This document shows positions 8,572 through 18,323 of a stretch of 64,000 nucleotides of DNA, piece by piece; within the stretch, counting starts at the first letter, position 1, and each line of letters opens with the position of its first letter. This stretch comes from Parcubacteria group bacterium GW2011_GWA2_51_10. GTDB taxonomy: Bacteria; Patescibacteriota; Minisyncoccia; Phycocordibacterales; UBA2100. Under the pieces are notes generated by a model that was given only the letters and a program-made list of their open reading frames with translations, had not been told where the DNA came from and did not search any database. Position numbers and translations under genes: made by a program. The stretch covers positions 2,324 to 66,323 of the forward strand of contig LCQS01000001.1 in NCBI GenBank assembly GCA_001004265.1, read 5' to 3'.

Positions 8572-10296
8572 ATGCCGCAGACAGCAAAGAGTAGATTACG
8601 CAATCGCGCCCGCATACTTTCCGGCATATTCATATTGGTCGCAGGGTTTCTCATTGTGCGACTGTATTTTGTGCAGATCATCCACGGTGATAAATTCGCG
8701 CGCGATGCAATGGGGCAATATGTCGCGCCCGCGCCGGATACGCAGGAGCGCGGGTCAATTTTTTTCACTCGCAACGATGGCGCCTCGGTCGCAGCCGCTG
8801 TCATGCAATCGGGATGGCGCATTGCTATTCAACCAAAAAGCTTAACGGACCCCGCGGCAATATATGAAAAACTAAATGGCCTCACTCCCATAGATAGGGA
8901 GCGCTTTTTTGGCAGCGCGGATAAGACAGGCGACCCGTATGAAGAAGTGGCATTCAAGGTTCCCGACGACGCGGCGAGCGCTATTCGCGCAAAAAAGATT
9001 TCGGGCATCATTCTTGTGCGGGACGAGTGGCGCTACTATCCCGCGGGCGCGCTCGCCGCACACACGGTTGGGTTTGTCGGTTATAAGGGCGATACAAAAA
9101 CGGGCGTGTACGGGCTTGAGCGCAGCTGGCAGGACACGCTCACGCGCACATCGAGAGATCACTACGTCAATCCATTCGCAGAGATTTTCACGAACGTTGG
9201 CGATTTATTCGCGAGCGATCCGAGTGGACGGCAGGGAGATATCATCACTTCGATAGAGCCGGCCGTGGAGAAGGAGTTGGAAGAGGCGCTCGAAGAAGTG
9301 CGAGAAAAATACGATGCAAAAATTGTCGGCGGGATCGTCATGAATCCGCGAACAGGCGAGATTATCGCGCTCGGCGCGAAGCCGGACTTCAATCCGAATA
9401 CGTACAATCTCGTTTCCGACATTGCCATATTTTCTAACCCGCTCGTGGAAAATATTTACGAGATGGGCTCCATCATGAAGCCCCTCACTGTTGCAGCGGG
9501 AATTGACGCCGGCGCCATCAGGCCCGAGAGCATCTATGAAGATAGGGGATTCATCATGCGAAGCGGTAAGAAAATATCAAATTTTGACGGAAAGGCGCGG
9601 GGAGTTGTTAGCATGCAAGAGGTACTCAATCAGTCGCTTAATACGGGCGCGGCCTTTATTGCGGAAAAGACGGGACATTCGGTTTTTTCGGATTACATCC
9701 ATGCGGCGGGATTGGGCGAAAAAACGGGAATCGATCTGCCGAATGAATCGGCAGGATTAATTCGCGCAATAGAGGGCGGGACAGATGTGGACTATGCTTC
9801 AGCTTCGTTTGGGCAGGGAATAGCGTTTTCTCCCATTGCGATGGTGCGTGCGCTTTCTGCGCTTGCCAATGGCGGAGCGATACCAGTACCGCATATTGTG
9901 ACCGCAATTCGCTATCAGAGCGGCGTTGTGAAAAAAATTCCTGTTGCGGAGCAGAGACAAGTTTTCAAGCCGGAGACTGCCGAGACCGTAACACGCATGC
10001 TTACGACCGTGTACGACAAGGCACTTTTGGACGGCGAGCTTCGTGAAGAGCGCTACTCGATCGCGGCAAAGACGGGCACGGCGCAGATTGCGGTTCCCGG
10101 CGGCGCGGGATACTACGACGATCGTTATTTGCACTCATTCTTCGGATACTTTCCCGCGCATGATCCGCAGTTCATCGTATTTCTGTATGCCCTCGAGCCG
10201 CGCGGCGAATTGTATGCCTCGCGCACGCTCGCGCGCCCCTTCCATGAGATCGCGAAGTTTTTGATAAATTACTACGAAATCCCGCCGGATAGATAG
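8572..10296 (+). CDS. ftsI: Class B penicillin-binding protein (FtsI/PBP2 family)
   Basis: N-terminal TM, RGSI, RYYP, GLE, SxxK (GSIMK), SxN (SLN), KTG (KTGTAQ); position after mraZ-rsmH-ftsL. Confidence 0.85.
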   Translation: MPQTAKSRLRNRARILSGIFILVAGFLIVRLYFVQIIHGDKFARDAMGQYVAPAPDTQERGSIFFTRNDGASVAAAVMQSGWRIAIQPKSLTDPAAIYEKLNGLTPIDRERFFGSADKTGDPYEEVAFKVPDDAASAIRAKKISGIILVRDEWRYYPAGALAAHTVGFVGYKGDTKTGVYGLERSWQDTLTRTSRDHYVNPFAEIFTNVGDLFASDPSGRQGDIITSIEPAVEKELEEALEEVREKYDAKIVGGIVMNPRTGEIIALGAKPDFNPNTYNLVSDIAIFSNPLVENIYEMGSIMKPLTVAAGIDAGAIRPESIYEDRGFIMRSGKKISNFDGKARGVVSMQEVLNQSLNTGAAFIAEKTGHSVFSDYIHAAGLGEKTGIDLPNESAGLIRAIEGGTDVDYASASFGQGIAFSPIAMVRALSALANGGAIPVPHIVTAIRYQSGVVKKIPVAEQRQVFKPETAETVTRMLTTVYDKALLDGELREERYSIAAKTGTAQIAVPGGAGYYDDRYLHSFFGYFPAHDPQFIVFLYALEPRGELYASRTLARPFHEIAKFLINYYEIPPDR

Positions 10297-10387
10297 AATA
10301 GGGAAGCAGCGTATAGCGTATAGCGTGCAGCATATGACGTATCTTGTATCTACAAACTAAAAAATATAAACTGAAACTGTTTCTGAA

Positions 10388-10460
10388 GGCGCATTCGTCT
10401 AGGGGCCTAGGACACTACCCTCTCACGGTAGGAACACGGGTTCAAATCCCGTATGCGTCA
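10388..10460 (+). tRNA. tRNA-Glu(CTC)
   Basis: GGCGCAT/ATGCGTC acceptor, CTACC/GGTAG anticodon stem with loop CTCTCAC, TTCAAAT T-loop; CCA not encoded. Confidence 0.93.
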
Positions 10461-10521
10461 CAAAATTTTGCTATTCGGAGTGACGGACTAAGCAGCGTAT
10501 TCGAACTCTGTCGCGGGTCAT

Positions 10522-10553
10522 ATAAAAACAAACGGCCCCGCGGAGGGCCGTTT
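10522..10553 (-). terminator. Intrinsic terminator of the Crp-like gene
   Basis: AAACGGCCC/GGGCCGTTT stem (10530-10553) followed on the minus strand by GTTTTT. Confidence 0.7.
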
Positions 10554-10569
10554 AAGCGTCGGATGGGCG

Positions 10570-11148
10570 TCAGCCTCTGGGTTTCGGCTTCTCCGGCCAC
10601 TTAGTATTGCGCCACTTCCTGAAGACGCGCGATACCATCTCGCGTGAGGATGCCACCTGCACCGCAACGAGAGTGGAGTGATGCCGCCTTGCTGCACGCG
10701 GCGTCCACAATGAGGGATAGTGCTCGAATAGTTTGAGCATCATTTCCTCGATACCATCGCATGCATATAGCTCCTTCACGGCGCGAGTTCTTCTTGCGTC
10801 GCTGCTCGTGATTACTTCGATATCCTCCGGCGTGAGATCGCTCTTGTGGATCCCCTGAACGGTCGCGTACTTATAAGCCCGTGCTTTCCCGAACCAGGAG
10901 GTGCCTTCGAGCAATTCAATACCGAGGGCTTCACCGCGCACTACGATGCCGAGTCCCTTCTCATTCGCACGGCTGCTGATGCGGTAAATCGAAAGGACAC
11001 CCTCCAGCACGAGATAGGCACATCGTGCCTTCACGCCAATTTCGCATTCGTGCAGAGGCTCATTGCGCCCGAGTCGTATGGGCTCCGGCCGCACTGCCTT
11101 GAGCAATGTTGCGGGGAGGACCGTGCTTGTTGACAAACATGTATTCAT
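10570..11148 (-). CDS. Crp/Fnr-family regulator-like protein (divergent)
   Basis: AYLVLEGVLSIY...GEALG cNMP-barrel pattern and C-terminal HTH SSREMVSRVF; AGGAGG SD upstream. Confidence 0.7.
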   Translation of the reverse strand: MNTCLSTSTVLPATLLKAVRPEPIRLGRNEPLHECEIGVKARCAYLVLEGVLSIYRISSRANEKGLGIVVRGEALGIELLEGTSWFGKARAYKYATVQGIHKSDLTPEDIEVITSSDARRTRAVKELYACDGIEEMMLKLFEHYPSLWTPRAARRHHSTLVAVQVASSREMVSRVFRKWRNTKWPEKPKPRG

Positions 11149-11270
11149 GATGCCTCCTGTGGGTTAGAAGGTCCGGACACAGCCTGCCGTCTGGACTGCG
11201 GGAAGCATATGCCACCACATGGTCTGTGGCAAGTCGAGATGTTTCATCTATTATTTTGTATACTGCCGCA

Positions 11271-11792
11271 GTGCGCAAAGCGCTGAAGAGGGAATTTTAT
11301 GTGCGCGATGGAGAAATCGTGGCGCGTGAGCTTTTGGGGAAATTCCTTGTGCGCAAAATTGGAACTAAAGAAATCGCAGCGATGATCACTGAGGTGGAAC
11401 TATACGAAGGATTCGAGGATAGGGCGTCGCACGGGTTCAAGAGAACAAAGCGCTCCGAAGTTATGTATGGCCCGGGCGGGCATTGGTACGTGTATCTATG
11501 TTACGGCATGTACGAAATGCTAAATATTGTAATAGGACCGGAAGATCATCCCGCGGCAATTCTGATTCGCGGCGCTGATACATATAATGGACCGGGAAAG
11601 CTGACACGAGCACTTCGTATCGACAGAACTCTGAACGCAATGCCGGCGAGCAAGGAGACAGGTTTATGGATTGAGGATAGGAGATTCGCAATCTCGCAAA
11701 AAGATATATTGCGAACGCCTCGCATCGGCATCGGCGATGCAGGACCGAAATGGACTAAACGTCTGCATAGATTCCTCTTGCAACAGAATTGA
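11271..11792 (+). CDS. mpg: DNA-3-methyladenine glycosylase (MPG/AAG family)
   Basis: VARELLGK, ITEVELY, DRASH, YVYLCYGM, NGPGKL, TPRIGI. Confidence 0.92.
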   Translation: MRKALKREFYVRDGEIVARELLGKFLVRKIGTKEIAAMITEVELYEGFEDRASHGFKRTKRSEVMYGPGGHWYVYLCYGMYEMLNIVIGPEDHPAAILIRGADTYNGPGKLTRALRIDRTLNAMPASKETGLWIEDRRFAISQKDILRTPRIGIGDAGPKWTKRLHRFLLQQN

Positions 11793-11878
11793 CGAGAAAT
11801 TTGTCTACTGCACAATATGATGAGCGGGTTGTCGCCTCTTTCCTGATTGCAAATAAGAGGCAAAAGCTGGAGAAGCAA

Positions 11879-11983
11879 ATGAGCATATGGTGGGTGGTCG
11901 TGATGTTACTCGGGCTCCTTGTAGCTATTGGAGTCCTCTACATGGTTCTCCAAAGCCGTCTAAAGAAGACGGATCTCCCCTAG
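11879..11983 (+). CDS. 34-aa single-TM small protein
   Basis: GGAG upstream of ATG; MSIWWVVVMLLGLLVAIGVLYMVLQSRLKKTDLP; hairpin GGAGGTGCCC/GGGCATCTCC at 11990-12014. Confidence 0.55.
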   Translation: MSIWWVVVMLLGLLVAIGVLYMVLQSRLKKTDLP

Positions 11984-12030
11984 AAGCTCGGAGGTGCCCT
12001 CTTCGGGCATCTCCATTTATAATGTTCGAC

Positions 12031-12282
12031 ATGAAATCATTTCGAGAAAAGGTTCACTCGATCGTCGCGAGAATTCCGAAAGGGAAAACGCTGACGTATA
12101 AAGAAGTCGCTACGCGAGCGGGAAATCCGAAGGCGGCGCGGGCCGTCGGCGCGATAATGCGAACGAATTATGACTCGGCGATCCCGTGCCATCGCGTTGT
12201 GCGCTCCGACGGACGGCCCGGTGGTTACAATCGCGGCGCAAGTATAAAGGTCGCATTGTTGCGACAGGAGCGATTGCAGTAA
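12031..12282 (+). CDS. Stand-alone MGMT/Ogt-like O6-alkylguanine DNA repair domain
   Basis: IPKGKTLTYKEVA, AARAVG, active-site PCHRVV. Confidence 0.88.
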   Translation: MKSFREKVHSIVARIPKGKTLTYKEVATRAGNPKAARAVGAIMRTNYDSAIPCHRVVRSDGRPGGYNRGASIKVALLRQERLQ

Positions 12283-12443
12283 TGTATAATCCATTCATAT
12301 GCCCGGTAGTGTAATGTGCCTTGGGCTTACACAATGTTTGAATCAAAAATCATCACTATGACAAAGCAGAAAATAGGGTATTTATTATTAAGCCGCGGCG
12401 GCCGGTAGGCGTCTGCCGCAAAAGGCAGGTTTACTAACCGGGT

Positions 12444-13385
12444 ATGTCGAACGTCATCGTGTCAGGTTCGCTCGCGTATGATCGCATCATGGATTACAAC
12501 GGGCTCTTCGCCGATCACTTCGTGCCGGACAAGATTCACAGCATCAGTCTTAGCTTCACGGTCGACAGAATGTCTGTCGAATTCGGCGGCACGGCGGGCA
12601 ATATCGCATACAATCTCGCTCTCCTCGGCGAAAAGCCCGCGATTATTGCAACGGCCGGAACTGATTTTGGATCTTATAAATCGCATTTGCTGCTCTCCGG
12701 CATCGATCCGACGACGATCCGTATCGTGGAAGGGGAGATGACATCCTCCGCAGTCGTCCTTACGGACAAAGCAGACAATCAAATCGCGGCATTTCATCCA
12801 GGAGCGGGGGGGCACGCGTATGACACGCCTGTTGAGACGGACGGCCGCGTGCTCGCTATCATCGCGCCCGGATGCATTTCCGACATGACGTCTCTCCCCG
12901 ATTATTACCGCCGCAAAGGACTTAAGTACCTCTATGATCCCGGCCAGCAGATACTCTCGCTTTCGTCCGAAAATTTACAGGACGGCTTAACAGGCGCACA
13001 CATTTTGTTTGCGAGCGATTACGAATTCGGCCTCATCGCTCAGAAGACGGGATGGGCGGAAGGAACGATACTGGAGCATGTGTCTACAATAGTTGTCACA
13101 TATGGTGCGGAGGGCTCGCGTATCGTTACGCGAGAAGGCGAGACTCGCGTGGCGGCCGCTCCCGTGAAAGACGCCATCGATCCTACCGGGGCGGGTGATG
13201 CCTATCGGGCGGGATTTGTTAAGGGAATGCTCCGTGATCTGCCGTACACTTCCTGTGCCAAGCTTGGGAGCATCGTCGCGTCGTATGCAGTTGAAGCATA
13301 CGGGACGCAAACCCACCGCTTCACTCTGGATGATGTTGCCGCCCGATATAAATCTGCGTATGGTGAGAAGGTGGCGCTCGTGTAA
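12444..13385 (+). CDS. PfkB-family kinase, adenosine kinase-like
   Basis: GSLAYDRIM, GGTAGNIAY, DPGQQ, DPTGAGDAYRAG; directly upstream of ahcY. Confidence 0.85.
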   Translation: MSNVIVSGSLAYDRIMDYNGLFADHFVPDKIHSISLSFTVDRMSVEFGGTAGNIAYNLALLGEKPAIIATAGTDFGSYKSHLLLSGIDPTTIRIVEGEMTSSAVVLTDKADNQIAAFHPGAGGHAYDTPVETDGRVLAIIAPGCISDMTSLPDYYRRKGLKYLYDPGQQILSLSSENLQDGLTGAHILFASDYEFGLIAQKTGWAEGTILEHVSTIVVTYGAEGSRIVTREGETRVAAAPVKDAIDPTGAGDAYRAGFVKGMLRDLPYTSCAKLGSIVASYAVEAYGTQTHRFTLDDVAARYKSAYGEKVALV

Positions 13386-13394
13386 ATTATAATC

Positions 13395-14651
13395 ATGCCG
13401 AACGATATCAAAGACATCACGCTGGCAGAGGAAGGAAAGCGGCTCATCGAATGGGCGGCGCGCGATATGCCTGTTCTTTCGAGCATTAAAGAGCGCTTCG
13501 AGAAAGAGAAACCCCTGAAGGGGATGAAAATAGGCGCATGCCTACACGTGACTGTTGAGACGGCAAACCTGATGCTCGCCCTCAAAGCTGGTGGCGCGGA
13601 CGTCGCCCTCTGTGCATCAAATCCGCTTTCGTCGCAAGATGAGGCGGCGGCGGGCCTCGTTAGTCTCGGCATTCCGGTATTTGCAATTTCTGGAGAAGAC
13701 CGCGATACTTTTTTTAAGCATATCAATTCGGTCATTGCATATAGACCCGACATAACGATGGATGACGGAGCAGATCTCGTTACCGCCATCCATACGAAGC
13801 ATCCAGAATTGCTCGCTCACATGATTGGAAGCACGGAAGAGACAACGACAGGCGTGATCCGTTTGCGTGCAATGGCGCGCGATGGCGCGCTCAAAATTCC
13901 CGTCGTTGCAGTGAACGATGCGAAGACGAAGAATCTTTTTGATAATCGTTACGGCACGGGCCAATCCACGATGGAGGCGATCATACGTGCGACAGACATG
14001 CTCGTCGCCGGCCGCGTGTTCGTCGTCGCCGGGTATGGCTGGTGCGGAAAGGGGCTTTCGATGCGCGCTCGCGGCATGGGGGCGAATATCATCGTAACAG
14101 AGGTGGATCCCGTGAAAGCGCTCGAAGCGGCGATGGATGGATTTCGCGTGATGCCGATGATTGAGGCGGCGCCTTTGGGAGATTTGTTCTGCACCGTCAC
14201 AGGCGACATCAACGTCATAGGCGCGGAACATTTCAAGATGATGAAAGATGGGGCGTTTGTGTGCAATGCCGGTCACTTTGACGTCGAGGTCAATGTGAAA
14301 GCGCTAGAGAAAATGGCAGACAGCGTGAAAAGGGGAATTCGAGAACACGTGGATGAGTATTTGCTTGGCGGGAGAAGAATTTATGTTCTTGCAGAGGGCC
14401 GTTTGGTGAATCTTGCCGCGGCCGAGGGGCATCCCGCGAGCGTGATGGATATGAGCTTTTCGACGCAGGCACTCGCATGCGAATGGCTTGTCCTGAGCGG
14501 AGCCGAAGGGCTCGCTCCGGGTGTGCACAACGTGCCAGAGAAGATCGAGAACGATGTCGCACGTCTCAAACTCGCCTCGATGGGACTTTCGATAGATACG
14601 CTCACGGAGGAGCAGAAGAGATATCTAGCGAGCTGGCAAGAAGGGACATGA
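13395..14651 (+). CDS. ahcY: Adenosylhomocysteinase
   Basis: [61 protein letters not shown]. Confidence 0.97.
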   Translation: MPNDIKDITLAEEGKRLIEWAARDMPVLSSIKERFEKEKPLKGMKIGACLHVTVETANLMLALKAGGADVALCASNPLSSQDEAAAGLVSLGIPVFAISGEDRDTFFKHINSVIAYRPDITMDDGADLVTAIHTKHPELLAHMIGSTEETTTGVIRLRAMARDGALKIPVVAVNDAKTKNLFDNRYGTGQSTMEAIIRATDMLVAGRVFVVAGYGWCGKGLSMRARGMGANIIVTEVDPVKALEAAMDGFRVMPMIEAAPLGDLFCTVTGDINVIGAEHFKMMKDGAFVCNAGHFDVEVNVKALEKMADSVKRGIREHVDEYLLGGRRIYVLAEGRLVNLAAAEGHPASVMDMSFSTQALACEWLVLSGAEGLAPGVHNVPEKIENDVARLKLASMGLSIDTLTEEQKRYLASWQEGT

Positions 14652-14691
14652 ACTAGTAAGTAGAGAGTAGTACGTAGAAAGTAGGGAGTAT

Positions 14692-15618
14692 ATGAAAGCA
14701 AAACTTGAAATGCGGGCGTGTCATCACGTCGAAATAATTACGCCGAAGAAGGTGCGTCTCAACGGGTTGTGGTTCGGACCCGCCTCGACGCGCATCCGCT
14801 CGTCGACGCGAGGCAGGCCTCGAAAATCAAAGCGCACGATAATTTGGGTTCATGGACTCGCAAGCTCGATGTTCAGCAAGCAGCGCATCATGGAACGACT
14901 CGCGAAAAAAGGTATTGCGGTACTCGCATTCAATAATCGCGGACATGACGCAATCAGTCGCATTGCGAAAGTTGGTGAGAAGAGAATTGCCAAATCGAGA
15001 TGGGGAGGAGGAGCGCACGAAATATTTGCCGAGTGTGTGGACGATATCGACGGTGCTATAGGATTTGCTCGCCGTGCCGGCGCCAAAGAGATATTTCTTG
15101 TGGGCCACTCAACTGGTTGCCAAAAATCCATATACTGGGCATACAAACGAAAAGGCCGAGGCATCAAAGGCATCGTTCTATTGGCACCAATGAGCGATTG
15201 GGCGGCGGAAATACATCTGAAAGGTAAAAAGAGAATCGACAAGAATAATGCTGTAGCTCGAGCACTCGTGCGAAACGGCCGGAAACACGAGTTGCTGCCG
15301 CAAAAGTTGTGGCCTGGTCCGATAGATGCACAGCGTTTCTTGAGTCTCTACACGCCTGACAGCATCGAAGAAATTTTTTCATATGCACAGCCGAAAAAGA
15401 ACCCTCGTGTTCTTCGTTCCATCCAAAAACCCTTACTTGTCATTTTGGCTGAAAAAGACGAGTTTGCTGACAGGTCGGCTGGAAGAATTGCCGACTGGTT
15501 CGCGAGACGTCTCGGAAAGAGGATACAGGCGGGCGTTATTGCGGATGTGAGTCATAGTTTAAAGGGAGGAGAGACAAAAGTCACTTCACTCATTCTTCAC
15601 TGGATGCGAAGGTTATAA
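14692..15618 (+). CDS. Alpha/beta hydrolase (DUF1749-like) with an in-frame palindromic insertion
   Basis: WVHG, nucleophile elbow GHSTG, late Asp and His; insertion PASTRIRSSTRGR at 14779-14817. Confidence 0.8.
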   Translation: MKAKLEMRACHHVEIITPKKVRLNGLWFGPASTRIRSSTRGRPRKSKRTIIWVHGLASSMFSKQRIMERLAKKGIAVLAFNNRGHDAISRIAKVGEKRIAKSRWGGGAHEIFAECVDDIDGAIGFARRAGAKEIFLVGHSTGCQKSIYWAYKRKGRGIKGIVLLAPMSDWAAEIHLKGKKRIDKNNAVARALVRNGRKHELLPQKLWPGPIDAQRFLSLYTPDSIEEIFSYAQPKKNPRVLRSIQKPLLVILAEKDEFADRSAGRIADWFARRLGKRIQAGVIADVSHSLKGGETKVTSLILHWMRRL

Positions 15619-15657
15619 TTGCGAGGATATTAATAAAGGACCTAATCGCTTTCGAGT

Positions 15658-16260
15658 ATGAATGACAACAAGGGTGTTTGGATTGGGGCGGCGATTTTAG
15701 TGGTGCTTGCTCTTCTCGGTTTGTGGTGGCTCTCAACGCGCCAGCAAAGCGGCCCGCTGGGAGTAGAGAGCGGAAATGGCGGCGAAATCCCGGCATTGGA
15801 ATCGAGGGGCATGGGCGACTTTGTATCCACAGAGAGACGGACTTCAACGAATGTTGCAGATATCGCGGCGGGTATCAGCGGCGCTTCCACGTTTGCTTCG
15901 CTTTTTTCCTCGACGGGTATCAAGGCGACTATTCAGGGAGTGGGGCCCTACACGGTTTTCGTCCCGACCGACGGTGCGTTTTCACTTCTAGAGAGCGGGA
16001 CGATAGCGAATATGAGCGCGGCGGAAAAGAAGCGCCTTGTTCAGTACCATGTGGTATCTGGCCGCGCGATCGATCCGGACGCTGTAAAGAGCGGGCAGAT
16101 AATGGCCCTCTCCAAAGATGTCCTTAATTTCGAAGTAAGTACAACAGACAAGACAGCACGGGTGAACAATTCGTTCTTCATCAAGGCCTACCAGGGCAGA
16201 AACGGTATCGTGTACTTAGTGAGCGCTGTGCTTCTTCCGCCCGAGAGCACCACACCGTAG
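15658..16260 (+). CDS. Membrane-anchored fasciclin (FAS1) domain protein
   Basis: N-terminal TM; GPYTVFVPTDGAF, YHVV, NGIVYLVSAVLLP. Confidence 0.88.
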   Translation: MNDNKGVWIGAAILVVLALLGLWWLSTRQQSGPLGVESGNGGEIPALESRGMGDFVSTERRTSTNVADIAAGISGASTFASLFSSTGIKATIQGVGPYTVFVPTDGAFSLLESGTIANMSAAEKKRLVQYHVVSGRAIDPDAVKSGQIMALSKDVLNFEVSTTDKTARVNNSFFIKAYQGRNGIVYLVSAVLLPPESTTP

Positions 16261-16261
16261 A

Positions 16262-16337
16262 AGAAAACCCAGAGGTCGGTTCTCTGGGATTTCGGCGGTA
16301 GACCCTAGAAAACTCAGAGGTCGGTTCTCTGGGATTT
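16262..16337. repeat. Two tandem 31-nt REP-like hairpins
   Basis: AGAAAAC(C/T)CAGAGGTCGGTTCTCTGGGATTT at 16262-16292 and 16307-16337, 14-nt spacer. Confidence 0.8.
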
Positions 16338-16384
16338 TGTGGACGCATATGCGTATCGTCGAACAGTAATGTAAAATGCCTGGC

Positions 16385-17131
16385 ATGGAGGAATCTGGAA
16401 TTCACATTGCGCTCGCGGCCGAGAAGATTAGCGAGTTTTTTGGTTTTCCGATAACGAACACCCTCCTCATGAGTTGGATTGTTGTGATTCTTCTTGCGGT
16501 TCTCGCTTTTATTATCGGGCGAAACCTCGCCCTAATACCGGGCCGCTTCCAAACGCTTCTTGAGTGGACCTTCGGCGGGATATACGACTACATTGCTGAT
16601 ACGCTTGAGAGCAGAGAAATGGCGCGCCGTTTTTTCCCGCTTCTTCTGACCATTTTCTTTTTTATTTTCACCGCAAATCTACTAGAGTTCACACCAGGAA
16701 TTGGCAGTGTCGGTTTCTTTCATGGGAACGAGTTCACGCCGCTCTTACGTAGTATGAACACCGATCTCAATATGACACTCTCACTTGCCATTATTTCTTT
16801 CCTTGTTATAGAGATAACAGGAATAGTCATGATCGGTTTTTGGAAATATTCGAGCAGATTTCTGAACTTCGGCTCTGTCATAGGATTCTTTGTAGGGATA
16901 ATAGAATTTTTCTCGGAGCTTGCGCGACTTGTATCATTCTCTTTCCGTCTCTTTGGGAACATTTTCGCAGGCGAAGTTTTAATACTTGTCATCGCATACT
17001 TTGTTCCGTACTTTCTACCAGTTCCATTTATGGCTTTCGAAGTCTTCGTTGGCTTCATCCAAGCCGCGATTTTCTCGCTCCTCACGCTCTTTTTTATCAA
17101 GCTTGCCGTTACGGAAGTTGCAACGCATTAA
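16385..17131 (+). CDS. atpB: ATP synthase Fo subunit a
   Basis: SFSFRLFGNIFAGE, FIQAAIF. Confidence 0.96.
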   Translation: MEESGIHIALAAEKISEFFGFPITNTLLMSWIVVILLAVLAFIIGRNLALIPGRFQTLLEWTFGGIYDYIADTLESREMARRFFPLLLTIFFFIFTANLLEFTPGIGSVGFFHGNEFTPLLRSMNTDLNMTLSLAIISFLVIEITGIVMIGFWKYSSRFLNFGSVIGFFVGIIEFFSELARLVSFSFRLFGNIFAGEVLILVIAYFVPYFLPVPFMAFEVFVGFIQAAIFSLLTLFFIKLAVTEVATH

Positions 17132-17182
17132 AACAGCGCGCCCACTTTCCTCCGAAGCGGGCGCGATTATATGGCGGTCGGC

Positions 17183-17326
17183 TCAGAGAGCTGCTACCAC
17201 AAAAGCGGCGAACAGTGCCGCCACTGTTCCTTCTTTCAGCGACTGACGGGCTAGCCCGGTTTCCTGGTACGTCGCTATTCCCCACAGCGCTCCGGCGATT
17301 ATGCCGACAATCACTATCGTCGTCAT
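17183..17326 (-). CDS. 47-aa two-TM small protein antisense within the atp operon (absent from ORF track)
   Basis: AGGAGG-N5-ATG; MTTIVIVGIIAGALWGIATYQETGLARQSLKEGTVAALFAAFVVAAL; terminator-like stem 17137-17165 followed by CTGTTTT. Confidence 0.65.
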   Translation of the reverse strand: MTTIVIVGIIAGALWGIATYQETGLARQSLKEGTVAALFAAFVVAAL

Positions 17327-17479
17327 CGAGACCTCCTAGCAAAATGAAACGAGCTGTACTATGACATGAATAATCGAGGCCATCAAGGATCTTTGTCTGA
17401 AAAAACCATGCTAAAATTCTGCCATTGTTATCAAGATTATTAGTTATTCTTTTCCTAGAAGCTAGAACCTAGCAACTAG

Positions 17480-17719
<240 letters not shown>

Positions 17720-17847
17720 TTATTGACGCATTAATTCGTTGGACTTCAGCTTCCGGCGCTCGTCGTATTATCAATACGCCTCGCTTGCAAGCTTCGTCCG
17801 CCTCGTACTGCACTCAAAATTAAACGAACGAAGCAAGAATTCGAGAA

Positions 17848-18294
17848 ATGGAACAACTTTTAACTGTATTCGGCGTCAATTGGAAACTCCTGCTCGCGCA
17901 GGGTTTTAACTTCGCGCTCCTCCTCATTGTTCTTACATATTTTCTCTACAAGCCAGTTCTCAAAATCATCGATGAGCGGCGCGAGAAAATCGCCCAGGGC
18001 GTGAAGACGGCCGAAGCGGCTGCACGGAAACTGGAAGAGGCGAAAAAAGAAAGCGATTCGATTATTGGCAGCGCGTCGCGTGAGGCGGAGGGGCTCGTTG
18101 CCGTCGCGCGCACGCGCGCGAACGAGCAGGGCGTCGAGATAATTCGCAGCGCGGAAAACAGAGCCGATTCGATTCTTGCGGACGCAAAGGCACGCGCGGA
18201 AGAAGAAAAACGTCAGGCGCTCTTTGAGAGCGAGAAGGAAATCACGCGCGCGGCGCTTCTTGCGGCTGAGAGAATATTGAAAACTAGTAAGTAG
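17848..18294 (+). CDS. atpF: ATP synthase Fo subunit b
   Basis: NF..LL..L..FLYKPV...IDERREKI, long coiled coil. Confidence 0.94.
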   Translation: MEQLLTVFGVNWKLLLAQGFNFALLLIVLTYFLYKPVLKIIDERREKIAQGVKTAEAAARKLEEAKKESDSIIGSASREAEGLVAVARTRANEQGVEIIRSAENRADSILADAKARAEEEKRQALFESEKEITRAALLAAERILKTSK

Positions 18295-18323
18295 AAAGCA
18301 GTTAGTAGTACATAGAAAATTCC

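Noticed and set aside
10344..10604. 86-aa ORF spanning tRNA-Glu, and 1094-1402 antisense to tRNA-Ala
   Set aside because: Explained by the tRNA genes they overlap
12290..12443. SAH riboswitch or leader peptide (MFESKIITMTKQKIGYLLLSRGGR) upstream of kinase-ahcY
   Set aside because: No recognisable SAH-riboswitch core; the short ORF has no SD or diagnostic codon run
16262..16337. Possible mini CRISPR array
   Set aside because: Only two repeats, a 14-nt spacer and no cas genes in the window
17720..17847. Possible ncRNA between atpE and atpF
   Set aside because: Only a short hairpin (CGTATT-ATC-AATACG) is evident; no second copy or family match can be supported from this window
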